Shown here: positions 10,787 through 21,375 of the stretch, in pieces
How the letters are laid out: each line of letters begins with the position of its first letter
Numbering within the stretch: position 1 is the first letter of the stretch
Assembly (NCBI GenBank): GCA_026415235.1
Contig: JAOAHM010000019.1
Span: 14,583 to 78,582 of the forward strand
DNA from: Ignavibacteria bacterium
GTDB taxonomy: Bacteria > Bacteroidota > Ignavibacteria > Ch128b
Direction of reading: 5' to 3'
Length of the DNA: 64,000 nucleotides
Translations under genes and position numbers: made by a program
The notes under the pieces: model-generated
The model's database searches: none
Seen by the model: only the letters and a program-made list of their open reading frames with translations
Told to the model about the DNA's origin: nothing

Positions 10787-11653
10787 ATGAAAAATAAGTT
10801 TGAATATTTTTTATTAAAGTTTCTTTCTTTTCTGGTATCTCGTTTAAGCTTAACTAATGCAAGAAGGCTGGCAAATTTGCTAGCCTTTATTTTTTTTTAT
10901 TTCATTCCTATTAGAAAAAAGGTTGTTACTAAAAACTTAAAAATTGCCTTTCCATCAATATCAAATAAAGACTTAACAAGATTAACAAAAAAAGTTTATC
11001 AAAACCTCTTTATTGTGTTGATTGAAATTCTTTACCTTCCTTTTTTAAGTAAAGAAGAAATTGAGAAATTAGTGGAAGTACGAAATATTGATTTGGTTGA
11101 AAAAGCTTTACGAAAGGACAAAGGATTAATTTTTGTTTCAGCACATTTTGGAAATTGGGAAATAATGGCAATTGCATCCGCAATTAAAATTAACAAAACA
11201 TTTTCAATAGTAATTAAACCATTAAGAAATCCTTATGTAGATGCATTCATTAATGATTGGAGAACGAAATTCGGTAATAAAGTTATACCATTAGGAATAT
11301 CAGTAAAAAATGTTTATCGTGAATTACTTGAAAAGAAAGTAATTGCACTTTTAGCTGATCAACGTGCAAGTTTAAATTCTTTGGAAATGGAATTTTTTAG
11401 TAAGAAGACACATGTCTATGAAGGACCAGCGGTTTTGTCAATCAAAACTGGTGCGCCAGTTATCTTTGCTATTCCAATTCGCCAACCAAATAATATTTAT
11501 TTAATTGAGCTAATTGAAATTCCAATACCTGAAAATGGTACTGAAAACGAAAAAATTTATAAGATGACTAAAAATTATATCACGATTCTGGAAAATTACA
11601 TTAGAGCTTATCCTGAACAATGGTTTTGGTTTCACAATAGATGGAAACATTAG
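10787..11653 (+). CDS. lpxL: Lipid A biosynthesis acyltransferase (LpxL/HtrB family)
   Basis: HFGNWE, LLADQ and PEQWFWFHNRWK motifs. Confidence 0.85.
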   Translation: MKNKFEYFLLKFLSFLVSRLSLTNARRLANLLAFIFFYFIPIRKKVVTKNLKIAFPSISNKDLTRLTKKVYQNLFIVLIEILYLPFLSKEEIEKLVEVRNIDLVEKALRKDKGLIFVSAHFGNWEIMAIASAIKINKTFSIVIKPLRNPYVDAFINDWRTKFGNKVIPLGISVKNVYRELLEKKVIALLADQRASLNSLEMEFFSKKTHVYEGPAVLSIKTGAPVIFAIPIRQPNNIYLIELIEIPIPENGTENEKIYKMTKNYITILENYIRAYPEQWFWFHNRWKH

Positions 11654-12675
11654 GGAGTAATTCCATAAAAAGAATTCTTGTAATTCAAACGGCTTTTCTT
11701 GGTGATGTACTTTTATCATTACCAATTGCACATCATCTAAAAAAAAATAATCCTGCTTATGAGGTTAGTTATTTAATTAAAAAAGAGTTATCACAAATTT
11801 CTGAAATCTTTCATCAAATTGATGAATACATTCTGATAGATAAATCAAAATATTTTTCTTCGATTAAAGATGTTTTGAAAAAAATACAGAATAAGTTTGA
11901 TGTAATTATTGCTCCACATAGATCAAGTCGAACAGCATTAATTTCATTTTTTAGTAAGGCACCTGTTAGAATTTCTTTTGACAAATCGTCATTAAATTTT
12001 TTGTATACACACTTAATTAATTATAGAAAAGATTATCATGAGGTTCAGAGGAATTTAAGTCTTATCCAACCAATTGTTAAAGAGATTAATTGGAAAGAAA
12101 AAATATCTCTAAAACTTGATAATTATATTATGAATGATACTTTTATGAGTTGGAGATATGACAATAAAAAGATAATTGTAATTGCTCCAGGAACTAATTG
12201 GGAAACGAAAAGATATCCTGAATATTATTTTGGAATTCTTACAAAAAAATTTATTGAGCAGGGATTTAAAGTTGTTCTGATTGGAGCAAATCAAGATTTT
12301 GAAATTGGATTGAGGATTGAAAAACAAGTAAAGGATGAAGTTAATCTGCTTAATCTAATTGGTAAACTAACACTAAAAGAAAGCATTAGCTTAATTAATC
12401 TTTCTGATTTATTGATTTGCAATGATAGCGCACCAACTCACATGGCAGTATTTACAGATACACCAATATTAACAATTTATGGTTCAACGGTTCCTGGTTT
12501 CGGATTTTATCCCTTTAGAGATTTTGATAGAATTGTTCAAATAGAAAATTTATCGTGCAAACCTTGTGGGATTCATGGTCATAAAAAATGTCCTGAAAAA
12601 CACTTTAAATGTATGATTGATTTAAAACCTGAAATAGTTTTCAAAGAAGCAGTCTCTATCTTAGAAAAAAAATAA
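11641..12675 (+). CDS. waaF: Glycosyltransferase family 9 (LPS heptosyltransferase II-like)
   Basis: QTAFLGDVLL, PG..WETKRYP, NDSAPTHMA and C.PC..HG...C motifs. Confidence 0.8.
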   Translation: METLGSNSIKRILVIQTAFLGDVLLSLPIAHHLKKNNPAYEVSYLIKKELSQISEIFHQIDEYILIDKSKYFSSIKDVLKKIQNKFDVIIAPHRSSRTALISFFSKAPVRISFDKSSLNFLYTHLINYRKDYHEVQRNLSLIQPIVKEINWKEKISLKLDNYIMNDTFMSWRYDNKKIIVIAPGTNWETKRYPEYYFGILTKKFIEQGFKVVLIGANQDFEIGLRIEKQVKDEVNLLNLIGKLTLKESISLINLSDLLICNDSAPTHMAVFTDTPILTIYGSTVPGFGFYPFRDFDRIVQIENLSCKPCGIHGHKKCPEKHFKCMIDLKPEIVFKEAVSILEKK

Positions 12676-12699
12676 AACATTATTCTTAATTTTGTATCG

Positions 12700-13587
12700 A
12701 TGAAGCTAAATAAGTTTAAGAAAATATTCATCTTCAATTATGATTTAATTTTAGTTCCCAGAAATACATCCTCCAATAATAAAACATATCGCTTTACATC
12801 TTTCAAAGCATTACTTCTTATTTTGATTGTGTTAATTGTTTCAAATTTAATTTTGATTGCTCTAATTTCATACACACCTCTTGGTAGAATTTTACCTGAA
12901 ACACCATTTTCGTCAAACGAAAATTATTCCCAAGTAATTGAGCTTAAACAGAAAGTTTTAGAACTTTCAAGAGAAGTAGAAAGAGTGCAGAAGATAAACG
13001 AAAGATTGAATCTTATCATTGAAGGAAAACCAATACCAATTGATCCAAGAGACTTAGATACAAATTATCAAAAAGAAAAAATGCGAAGAGATAGTTTACG
13101 AATCCTTCAGAGAAATAATTTTTCAAATAATATTTACCAAATTTTCAAATACTTATTAACAACTTTTATTTCAGAAAATTATCAAGGTGATGATACACAA
13201 AATCAAAAAGAATTTATCTTCTTCATCAAACCAACTGAGGGATTGATTACAAGAGGATTTAATAAAGACATTTCACATTTTGGAATAGATTTTGGTGTTC
13301 CTGTTGGTTCTGTAGTCCGTGCTTCTGCATCAGGAATAATTGTCTTCGCAGATTATACAATTAATGATGGTTATAAAATAATCATTTCGCATTCGAGAGG
13401 TTATTTTACAATTTATAAGCATTTAAGTCAGATTTTGAAAAAAGAGAAAGATTATGTAAAGCAAGGCGACATTATAGCTCTCTCGGGGAATACTGGCAAA
13501 CTAACAACTGGTCCTCATTTACATTTTGAAATTTGGAAATACCAAACACCAATTGACCCACAAAAAATTTTGGTGGACTTGAAATGA
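12700..13587 (+). CDS. M23 family metallopeptidase with N-terminal TM and coiled coil
   Basis: HFGID (HxxxD), YKHLS and GPHLHFE motifs. Confidence 0.9.
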   Translation: MKLNKFKKIFIFNYDLILVPRNTSSNNKTYRFTSFKALLLILIVLIVSNLILIALISYTPLGRILPETPFSSNENYSQVIELKQKVLELSREVERVQKINERLNLIIEGKPIPIDPRDLDTNYQKEKMRRDSLRILQRNNFSNNIYQIFKYLLTTFISENYQGDDTQNQKEFIFFIKPTEGLITRGFNKDISHFGIDFGVPVGSVVRASASGIIVFADYTINDGYKIIISHSRGYFTIYKHLSQILKKEKDYVKQGDIIALSGNTGKLTTGPHLHFEIWKYQTPIDPQKILVDLK

Positions 13588-13940
13588 AAAACAAATTAAA
13601 AACGATTGACGAGTTATCACTAATTGCAAAGCATTTAGATATTAAAGGTAACTTAATTGGAGCAGGAGATTTAAAGATAGATGGTAAAATTGAAGGAGAT
13701 GTAACTCTTGATGGAAATTTGTTTCTATCGGACTCAGCTTCTATCAAAGGTAATATTAATGCGAATAATTTTGAATGCAATGGGATTGTAGAAGGAAACA
13801 TATTTGTAAAAGAGAAATTAACAATAGGTTCGAAATCAAAAATAGTTGGTGATATAAAAACAAAAATTTTGATAATTGAAGAAGGTGCAGAGGTGAACGG
13901 CAAATGTATTGCTCTTAAAAATTATGAAGAGGAAAATTAA
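13584..13940 (+). CDS. Bactofilin (CcmA-family polymer-forming cytoskeletal protein)
   Basis: Beta-helix repeats IKGNL..LKIDGKIEGDV..IEEGAEVNG; ATGA overlap with the M23 gene. Confidence 0.9.
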   Translation: MKNKLKTIDELSLIAKHLDIKGNLIGAGDLKIDGKIEGDVTLDGNLFLSDSASIKGNINANNFECNGIVEGNIFVKEKLTIGSKSKIVGDIKTKILIIEEGAEVNGKCIALKNYEEEN

Positions 13941-13942
13941 CA

Positions 13943-14200
13943 TTGTCTTCTAAGATTATTGATAATCAACGAAAGGTTATTGAAGGTTATAAAAAAATCG
14001 GACCATATCTCGGATTAGGAACTCAACTCGCAGCAACGGTCATAGTAATGTTTTATCTGGGTTATTGGCTTGACGAAAAATTTCAAACAAAACCAATTTT
14101 GGTTATAGTATTCTCAATGTTAGGTGCATTTGCTGCTATTTACAACTTTATTAGATCAGTATTAAAAATTTCAAATCAAGAGACAAAGAATAAAAAATGA
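13943..14200 (+). CDS. AtpZ/AtpI family membrane protein
   Basis: Two TM helices with GYWLD motif; first small gene before atpB. Confidence 0.8.
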   Translation: MSSKIIDNQRKVIEGYKKIGPYLGLGTQLAATVIVMFYLGYWLDEKFQTKPILVIVFSMLGAFAAIYNFIRSVLKISNQETKNKK

Positions 14201-14559
14201 GAACAGTCATAAAAGAATTTTTCATTTTTAATTTTTCACCATTACTTGTTGGTTATATTGTTGTAGCAGATCGAGTAATTTTGAAGAGCATTTTTTTTGG
14301 ATGGGTGGTTGTGCTTATTAATTTTATTATTGGTCTTATTGCTTTTAATCTTTCGAAAAATCAAGACAATAAAAATTTCTTGAAAATTTATTTTGGTGGG
14401 ATGATACTAAGATTAATTATTTTACTCATAATAATTTTTGGTACCTTAAAATTCATTGGAATAAATCCCATAAGTTTTTTATTTTCGCTATTCATTTTCT
14501 ATATAATAAATCAGATCATCGAGCTAAGACATATAACTAAATCATTGACTAAGAGATGA
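14197..14559 (+). CDS. atpI: ATP synthase protein I-like membrane protein
   Basis: About 4 TM helices, GMILRL motif, overlaps the atpB start. Confidence 0.65.
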   Translation: MRTVIKEFFIFNFSPLLVGYIVVADRVILKSIFFGWVVVLINFIIGLIAFNLSKNQDNKNFLKIYFGGMILRLIILLIIIFGTLKFIGINPISFLFSLFIFYIINQIIELRHITKSLTKR

Positions 14560-15404
14560 TAGATTCAACAAAAATAGTTGCTGATACTTTACATAATACA
14601 GAAAGCTCAAGTGGAAGTTGGATAATTGAGCATATTGTAGATAGTAATGTTTTAGATTTTGAACCATTTGGTGTAATTCACTTGCCAACTTTTCAGTTGA
14701 ATTTATTTGGAATCACATTACATGTTGAAATAACAAAACATGTAGTTTTTCTCTGGCTTGCTGCATTTATTGTCGGTTCACTTTTGATATATACTGCTCG
14801 AAGTTATAAAAAAAGTTTTATTCCTCGTGGTGTTGCAAATCTTGTTGAAATGATTATTCAATTTATTAAAGATGAGATTGTAACTCCTACTATTGGAGAA
14901 AAATATGTCCCGTCGTTCCTTCCATTTCTTGGAACGGTTTTCTTTTTCATTCTAACTTGTAATTTACTTGGATTACTTCCATACGGAGCAACGGCAACAT
15001 CGAATATTTCTGTTACCGCTTCTCTTGCTCTTCTTAGCTTTATTATGATTCAATTTGCTGGAATGAAGAAGAATGGTGTGATTGGATATTTCAAAGGATT
15101 GATACCACATGGAGTACCAGTTTTTCTATTGCCAATTATGTTTGTTGTTGAAGTCTTGGGATTGTTTACAAAACCATTCGCTTTGATGATTCGTCTTTTT
15201 GCAAACATGACAGCAGGACATGTCGTAATTCTTGCATTGATTGGTTTGATTTTTATTCTCAAAACACCTTTTATTTCACCCGTTTCAATTTTATTTGCGT
15301 TATTTATTTACTTGCTTGAATTGTTGGTTGCATTAATTCAAGCTTATATTTTCACAATGTTATCATCATTATTCATTGGAATGGCAATTCATCAAGAACA
15401 TTAA
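14556..15404 (+). CDS. atpB: F0F1 ATP synthase subunit a
   Basis: KPFALMIRLFANMTAGH and IQAYIF motifs. Confidence 0.97.
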   Translation: MIDSTKIVADTLHNTESSSGSWIIEHIVDSNVLDFEPFGVIHLPTFQLNLFGITLHVEITKHVVFLWLAAFIVGSLLIYTARSYKKSFIPRGVANLVEMIIQFIKDEIVTPTIGEKYVPSFLPFLGTVFFFILTCNLLGLLPYGATATSNISVTASLALLSFIMIQFAGMKKNGVIGYFKGLIPHGVPVFLLPIMFVVEVLGLFTKPFALMIRLFANMTAGHVVILALIGLIFILKTPFISPVSILFALFIYLLELLVALIQAYIFTMLSSLFIGMAIHQEH

Positions 15405-15426
15405 AACAAAAAACGGAGGATAAAAT

Positions 15427-15654
15427 ATGGATCCATTATTATTTGCATATTTAGCAGCAGGTTTTGGTGCTGCATTAACAGTTATTGGTGCTGGTTTTGG
15501 TATTGGTAAACTTGCAAGTGCAGCAATGGAAGCCAGCAGCCGTCAACCAGAAGCACTTGGAGATATCAGAACTTCAATGATTATTGCTGCTGCATTGATT
15601 GAAGGTGTTTCTCTATTTGCTTTGGTTATTTGTATTCTTTTAGCCCTTAAATAA
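15427..15654 (+). CDS. atpE: F0F1 ATP synthase subunit c (H+-type signature)
   Basis: GxGxG, RQPE loop, ALIEGV; lacks the Na+-binding Q/ES(T) signature. Confidence 0.97.
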   Translation: MDPLLFAYLAAGFGAALTVIGAGFGIGKLASAAMEASSRQPEALGDIRTSMIIAAALIEGVSLFALVICILLALK

Positions 15655-15668
15655 GAAGGAAATTAAAA

Positions 15669-16217
15669 ATGTCTTTTAATTTTGGGTTGATTAATTTTCT
15701 CCTGCTCTATGGCGGTGGAGCAAAAGGTGGTTTACTTGATGTTAATCCTGGTTTAATCTTTTGGACCATCGTCACTTTTATAATCTTATTAATTATTCTT
15801 AAGAAAACTGCTTGGCAACCAATTCTAACAGCATTGAAAGAAAGAGAAGAAAGTATTCGCTCGGCTCTTGAGAAAGCTGAACGAGCACGCAAAGAAGCAG
15901 ATGAGATATTCGAAAAGAATCAAAAAAGTTTAGCTGAAGCCGAAGAGCAGGTTAGAAAAATTATCAACGAAGGAAAAGAATACGCAAATAAGCTTAGAAA
16001 TGAAATAATATCTCGAGCTAATGAAGAAGCTCAAAAAATGATAGATAACGCTAAACAAGAAATCGAGACTAAAAAACAGGAAGCGTTACTTGAATTGAAA
16101 GAGATTGTTGCAGATTTATCCATTCAAGCTGCTGAGAAGATATTGGAAGAGTCATTAGACAGAGAAAAGCATAAAAAATTAATTGAGAAGTTAATTCAAA
16201 ATTTACCGAAAGGTTAA
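15669..16217 (+). CDS. atpF: F0F1 ATP synthase subunit b
   Basis: PGLIFWT TM segment, W.PI...L.ERE, long coiled coil. Confidence 0.95.
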   Translation: MSFNFGLINFLLLYGGGAKGGLLDVNPGLIFWTIVTFIILLIILKKTAWQPILTALKEREESIRSALEKAERARKEADEIFEKNQKSLAEAEEQVRKIINEGKEYANKLRNEIISRANEEAQKMIDNAKQEIETKKQEALLELKEIVADLSIQAAEKILEESLDREKHKKLIEKLIQNLPKG

Positions 16218-16218
16218 T

Positions 16219-16773
16219 ATGCTTTACACTAAAGTAACAAATCGATACGCCAAAGCAATTTTGGATTTATCTATTAATGAGAACAGGTTGGATGAGGTAA
16301 ATAAAGATTTGGAGTTCGTTCTTAACACAATCTCTTCAATTCGAGAATTATCTCTTTTGCTTAAAAGTCCAATTGTGAAGAGGGATAAGAAGAGAAAAAT
16401 TATTCATAATGTTTTCGAAGGGAAAGTTTCAGATTTGACTTTGAGATTTTGTGAATTGGTAATTACACGACAAAGAGCTGATTTGCTTCCTGAAATCATT
16501 AAAAGATTTTTTGAGCTTCGAGATGAATATTTTAACATAAAAACTGTTTCAGTTCAATCTGCAGTTGAACTCGAAGAAACGCACATTAATCAACTGATAA
16601 ATATTCTTGAAAAACAATTGAATAAAAAAGTACGACTTTCATTTAAGGTCGAACCCAAATTAATTGGTGGATTTATTGTTCAAATTGATGATACTGTAAT
16701 TGATGCATCAATCAAACATCAACTTGAACTTTTAAGGAAAAAATTTTTATACGGAACTGAAAAATTGAATTAG
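16219..16773 (+). CDS. atpH: F0F1 ATP synthase subunit delta
   Basis: RYAKA and LIGGFIVQIDDTVIDAS motifs. Confidence 0.95.
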   Translation: MLYTKVTNRYAKAILDLSINENRLDEVNKDLEFVLNTISSIRELSLLLKSPIVKRDKKRKIIHNVFEGKVSDLTLRFCELVITRQRADLLPEIIKRFFELRDEYFNIKTVSVQSAVELEETHINQLINILEKQLNKKVRLSFKVEPKLIGGFIVQIDDTVIDASIKHQLELLRKKFLYGTEKLN

Positions 16774-16794
16774 AAACAAAAGAGGTAAAACGCA

Positions 16795-18345
16795 ATGGCA
16801 GATGTAAGACCTGATGAAGTTTCTGCAATTCTTCGCAAAGAGCTTGCTGGATTTGAATCTGAAGTTGATACTTATGATGTAGGTACAGTTTTAGAAGTTG
16901 GAGATGGTATTGCTCGAATTTATGGGCTTACTAAGGTTATGGCAAGCGAATTAGTTGAGTTTCCTAATGGTGTTTTTGGAATGGTATTGAACTTAGAAGA
17001 GGATAATGTTGGTGCAATTCTCTTCGGTGACGATACACAGATTAAAGAAGGTGATATCGTAAAACGAACAAAGAGAGTTGCCTCAATTCCAGTTGGTGAA
17101 GAATTATTGGGAAGAGTTGTAAATCCATTGTGTCAACCATTAGATGGAAAAGGACCAATAACGACAAATCAATATCTTCCTATTGAACGAAAAGCTTTAG
17201 GTGTGATTTATAGACAACCAGTTAAGGAACCACTTCAAACTGGTTTGAAAGCAATTGATGGAATGATTCCAATTGGAAGAGGCCAGAGAGAATTAATTAT
17301 TGGTGACCGTCAAACTGGAAAAACTGCCATTGCTATTGATACAATAATTAACCAGAAATGGACTCATACTGAAGAAGCAAAGAAATATGGTGTTAAACCA
17401 GTTTATTGTATATATGTAGCAATTGGTCAAAAAGGTTCTTCAGTTGCACAAGTTGTTGCAAAGCTCGAAGAAGAAGGTGCAATGGATTATACAACAGTAA
17501 TTCTTGCAAGTGCAAGTGATCCGGCACCAATGCAATTTATCGCTCCATATTCAGGTGCAACGCTTGGTGAATTTTTCAGAGATAATGGTAAACACGCTCT
17601 TGTTATTTATGACGATTTATCAAAACATGCTCAAGCATATCGTCAAGTTTCATTGTTATTGAGAAGACCACCAGGAAGAGAAGCTTATCCTGGAGATATT
17701 TTCTACCTTCACAGCCGCTTACTCGAAAGAGCATCAAAACTTAGCGATGAACTTGGTGGTGGAAGTTTAACAGCCCTTCCAATTATTGAAACTCAAGCAG
17801 GTGATGTTTCAGCTTACATTCCAACAAATGTAATTTCGATTACTGATGGACAAATTTATCTTGAACCAAATCTATTTAATGCTGGTGTTCGACCTGCAAT
17901 TAATGTTGGAATTTCAGTTTCAAGAGTTGGTGGTAATGCCCAAATTAAAGCAATGAAAAAAGTTGCTGGAAGATTGAGATTGGATTTGGCACAATACCGT
18001 GAACTTGAAGCGTTCGCAAAATTTGGTTCTGACCTTGACCAAGCAACACAAAAACAATTGCGACGAGGACAAAGACTTGTTGAGCTTCTAAAACAAGACC
18101 AATACAAACCAATGCCAGTTGAAAAACAGGTTGTATCTATCTTCTACGGTACTTCAGGATATCTTGATCAAATACCAGTTCAAGATGTTAGAAGATTCGA
18201 ACAAGAAATTCTTGAGTATATCGAATTAAAACATAAAGATATCTTATTGGAAATATTAGAGACTAAAGACCTGTCAGATAAATTAATCGAAAGATTAAAA
18301 CAAATTGGTGATGAATTTCTTAAAACATTTAAGAAAAGTAGCTAA
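16795..18345 (+). CDS. atpA: F0F1 ATP synthase subunit alpha
   Basis: GDRQTGKT Walker A; [12 protein letters not shown]. Confidence 0.99.
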   Translation: MADVRPDEVSAILRKELAGFESEVDTYDVGTVLEVGDGIARIYGLTKVMASELVEFPNGVFGMVLNLEEDNVGAILFGDDTQIKEGDIVKRTKRVASIPVGEELLGRVVNPLCQPLDGKGPITTNQYLPIERKALGVIYRQPVKEPLQTGLKAIDGMIPIGRGQRELIIGDRQTGKTAIAIDTIINQKWTHTEEAKKYGVKPVYCIYVAIGQKGSSVAQVVAKLEEEGAMDYTTVILASASDPAPMQFIAPYSGATLGEFFRDNGKHALVIYDDLSKHAQAYRQVSLLLRRPPGREAYPGDIFYLHSRLLERASKLSDELGGGSLTALPIIETQAGDVSAYIPTNVISITDGQIYLEPNLFNAGVRPAINVGISVSRVGGNAQIKAMKKVAGRLRLDLAQYRELEAFAKFGSDLDQATQKQLRRGQRLVELLKQDQYKPMPVEKQVVSIFYGTSGYLDQIPVQDVRRFEQEILEYIELKHKDILLEILETKDLSDKLIERLKQIGDEFLKTFKKSS

Positions 18346-19241
18346 TGGCAACACTAAGAGAAATTAGACGAAGAATAGTCGGAATAAAAAGCACGCAGCA
18401 AATTACAAAAGCAATGAAAATGGTTGCTGCTGCAAGATTAAGAAGAGCGCAAGATGCAATCTTTAAATTTCGTCCTTATGCTAATACAATCACTCATCTT
18501 TTGGACAATTTGATTTCTAATATTTCTGAATTGAATAATCCTCTTATACAAGTTAGAGAAGTCAATAAAATTACTTTGGTTGTTGTTACATCTGATAGAG
18601 GATTGTGTGGTTCTTTTAATTCAAACCTCTTACGATTTACCGAAGAATATATCAAAACTGAATTAAAGAATTACTATCAAAGTAACAATCTTGAAATAGT
18701 TTGTATTGGTAAGAAAGGGCACGATTATTTAAGTCGAAGGAAATATCCCGTAATTGAAAGTTACTTGAATGTTTTTTCGAATTTGAATTATGAAAAATCA
18801 AGTGAAATTATTTCTAAGTTAACTAATAACTACCTTGATAAGAAAACAGATAAAGTTATTTTCATTTATAATGAGTTTCGATCAGTAATAAGTCAAGTAG
18901 TTAAAACAGTTCAAATTCTTCCAATTCAAGTTGAAAAGAAAGAAGAAACAAAAATTTCTGGTCTCAAACCAATAATTGAATTCATATACGAACCTGAAAA
19001 AGAGAGAATTTTAAGTACTCTATTACCAAAATATTTAGATGTTCAGATGTGGCGAATATTACTTGAATCAAATGCATCAGAACAAGGTGCGAGAATGACT
19101 GCAATGGATAACGCCACGGAAAATGCAAAAGAATTACTTAAAGTTCTTAGCCTTTCTTACAACAAAGCGCGTCAGGCAGCAATTACGAAAGAATTACTCG
19201 AAATTGTTGCTGGTGCCGACGCAATGAAAGAACAGGGGTAA
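18345..19241 (+). CDS. atpG: F0F1 ATP synthase subunit gamma
   Basis: ITKAMKMVAAA, DRGLCGSFN and RQAAITKEL motifs. Confidence 0.98.
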   Translation: MATLREIRRRIVGIKSTQQITKAMKMVAAARLRRAQDAIFKFRPYANTITHLLDNLISNISELNNPLIQVREVNKITLVVVTSDRGLCGSFNSNLLRFTEEYIKTELKNYYQSNNLEIVCIGKKGHDYLSRRKYPVIESYLNVFSNLNYEKSSEIISKLTNNYLDKKTDKVIFIYNEFRSVISQVVKTVQILPIQVEKKEETKISGLKPIIEFIYEPEKERILSTLLPKYLDVQMWRILLESNASEQGARMTAMDNATENAKELLKVLSLSYNKARQAAITKELLEIVAGADAMKEQG

Positions 19242-19303
19242 TGCCCAAATTATTATTTTTTAAATCTATTCCGTAATTTTGTAAGCTTTAATCAATAATA
19301 ATT

Positions 19304-20629
19304 ATGTTCGAAGAATTAACTCTAAAATTAGAAACGGCTTTCAAGAAAATCCGTGGTCAAGGCAAACTAACGGAGAAGAACATTTCAGATGCATTACGAG
19401 AAGTACGCCGAATTTTGATAGATGCTGATGTTAATTACAAAGTCGCAAAAGATTTCATTGAAAAAGTCGAGAAAAAATCCCTTGGCAAAGAAGTAATTGC
19501 ATCAATTACTCCTGGGCAATTAATTATCAAAATTATTAATGATGAATTAATTGAACTTTTAGGTGGAGTTACCTCACCTCTTGTTTTAGCAAATGTTCCG
19601 CCATCAATTTATTTATTAGCAGGATTGCAAGGTTCAGGTAAAACAACCTTTGCAGCAAAATTAGCAAACTATCTTAAGAAAGCAGGACAAAAACCTCTTC
19701 TTGTTGCCTGTGATATTTATAGACCTGCAGCGGTTGAACAATTAAAACAGCTTGGAAAACAAATTGATATAGATGTTTTTCATATTGATAGTAATCCTGT
19801 AGATATTGCTTTACAGTCACTTAAATATGCAAAAGAAAATAATTACAATGCTATTGTAATTGATACTGCAGGACGACTTCACATTGATGAACAGATGATG
19901 GAAGAAATTGCGAAGATAAAAGAAACGGTCAAACCCACTGAAACTTATTTTATTGTTGACTCAATGACTGGTCAAGATGCTGTTAATACTGCAAAAGCTT
20001 TTCATGATAGAATAAGTTATGACGGAATTGTTTTAACAAAACTTGACGGTGATACAAGAGGTGGATGTGCTCTTTCAATTAGAGCTGTGGTCAATAAACC
20101 AATAAAATTTGTTAGTGTTGGCGAAAAATTAGACTCCATTGAAGTATTTCATCCCGATCGAATGGCTTCGAGAATATTAGGAAAGGGTGATATTGTTACT
20201 CTTGTTGAAAAAGCTCAGAGTGCTTTTGAAGAAAAAGAAGCAGAAAAATTAGAAGAAAAACTAAGAGCTAATAAATTTGATTTTGAAGATTTTCTTTCTC
20301 AACTAAAAATAATTAAACGTCTCGGTTCTGTTTCACAACTGCTTTCTATGATACCTGGACTATCGAGTATTCAAAAAAATGTTCAAGTTGATGAAAAAGT
20401 TTTTATTAAGGTAGAAGCAATCATCAACTCAATGACTAAGGAAGAAAGAAGAAATCCAAAGATACTTAACGCAAGTCGAAAAAGAAGAATTGCTCGAGGA
20501 AGTGGAACAAGTATTCAGGAAGTGAACAAGTTGGTAAAACAATTTGAAGAAATGCAAAAGATGATAAAAAAGCTTAACAGTATGGATTTTAATAAAGCAT
20601 TTCGTAATTTTAATTTGAAACTAAACTAA
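19304..20629 (+). CDS. ffh: Signal recognition particle protein
   Basis: GLQGSGKTT, DTAGR, TKLDGD; M domain RRIARGSG. Confidence 0.98.
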   Translation: MFEELTLKLETAFKKIRGQGKLTEKNISDALREVRRILIDADVNYKVAKDFIEKVEKKSLGKEVIASITPGQLIIKIINDELIELLGGVTSPLVLANVPPSIYLLAGLQGSGKTTFAAKLANYLKKAGQKPLLVACDIYRPAAVEQLKQLGKQIDIDVFHIDSNPVDIALQSLKYAKENNYNAIVIDTAGRLHIDEQMMEEIAKIKETVKPTETYFIVDSMTGQDAVNTAKAFHDRISYDGIVLTKLDGDTRGGCALSIRAVVNKPIKFVSVGEKLDSIEVFHPDRMASRILGKGDIVTLVEKAQSAFEEKEAEKLEEKLRANKFDFEDFLSQLKIIKRLGSVSQLLSMIPGLSSIQKNVQVDEKVFIKVEAIINSMTKEERRNPKILNASRKRRIARGSGTSIQEVNKLVKQFEEMQKMIKKLNSMDFNKAFRNFNLKLN

Positions 20630-20650
20630 GAATCATATGGAGGAATAACT

Positions 20651-21058
20651 TTGGCAGTAAAGTTAAGATTGCAAAGATTAGGTAAAAAGAAACAACCTTT
20701 TTATAGAATTGTCGCAGCAGATTCACGTTCACCTCGTGATGGTAGATTTATTGAAGTTGTAGGAACATACAATCCTCGACAAAATCCCCCAGAAGTAGTT
20801 ATTAAAGAAGATAAAGCAATAAAATGGCTCAAGAATGGAGCTCAACCAACTGATACAGTACGAAGTCTCTTAAGAAGAGAAGGTATCTTATTAAAATATC
20901 ATTTGATGAGAAAGAAGGTTGAGCCAGAAAAAATTGAAGCAGCATTACAGGAATTCAAAGAAAAACAAAAGGAAAAGCTTCAAAAATTAATAGAGAAGCC
21001 AAAACAGAAGAAAAAGAAAGGTGCCTCAGAAGGAAAAGGTGCAGCTTCTGAAGGTTGA
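20651..21058 (+). CDS. rpsP: 30S ribosomal protein S16 (Lys-rich C-terminal extension)
   Basis: [29 protein letters not shown]; TTG start after SD ggagg. Confidence 0.97.
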   Translation: MAVKLRLQRLGKKKQPFYRIVAADSRSPRDGRFIEVVGTYNPRQNPPEVVIKEDKAIKWLKNGAQPTDTVRSLLRREGILLKYHLMRKKVEPEKIEAALQEFKEKQKEKLQKLIEKPKQKKKKGASEGKGAASEG

Positions 21059-21127
21059 TGGCGGAAGCTAAATTTAGAGCCTCTGCCTGTTAAATACTCT
21101 TGCACCCCAATATGGAGGGACATACTG

Positions 21128-21364
21128 ATGAAAGAATTCGTCGAAATGATGGCGAAACACCTCGTTGATAAGCCAGATGGGGTACAGGTCGAGGAGAAAG
21201 AAGTAACTGAAAATAAGATTGTTCTTACCCTTAAAGTCGCAAAAGAAGATATTGGAAAAGTTATCGGGAAGCAGGGTAAGACGGCTCAGGCAATGAGGGT
21301 GCTTTTAACTGCAGTTGCTGCTAAAGACGGCAAAAGAGCAATTCTTGAAATTGCTGATAAATAA
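21128..21364 (+). CDS. khpA: KH domain RNA-binding protein KhpA
   Basis: DIGKVIGKQG KH motif; canonical position between rpsP and rimM. Confidence 0.93.
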   Translation: MKEFVEMMAKHLVDKPDGVQVEEKEVTENKIVLTLKVAKEDIGKVIGKQGKTAQAMRVLLTAVAAKDGKRAILEIADK

Positions 21365-21375
21365 TTTTTTATTTA

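Noticed and set aside
13943-19241. N-ATPase or Na+-translocating ATP synthase
   Set aside because: atpH (delta) is present, gene order is F-type, and subunit c lacks the Na+-binding signature.
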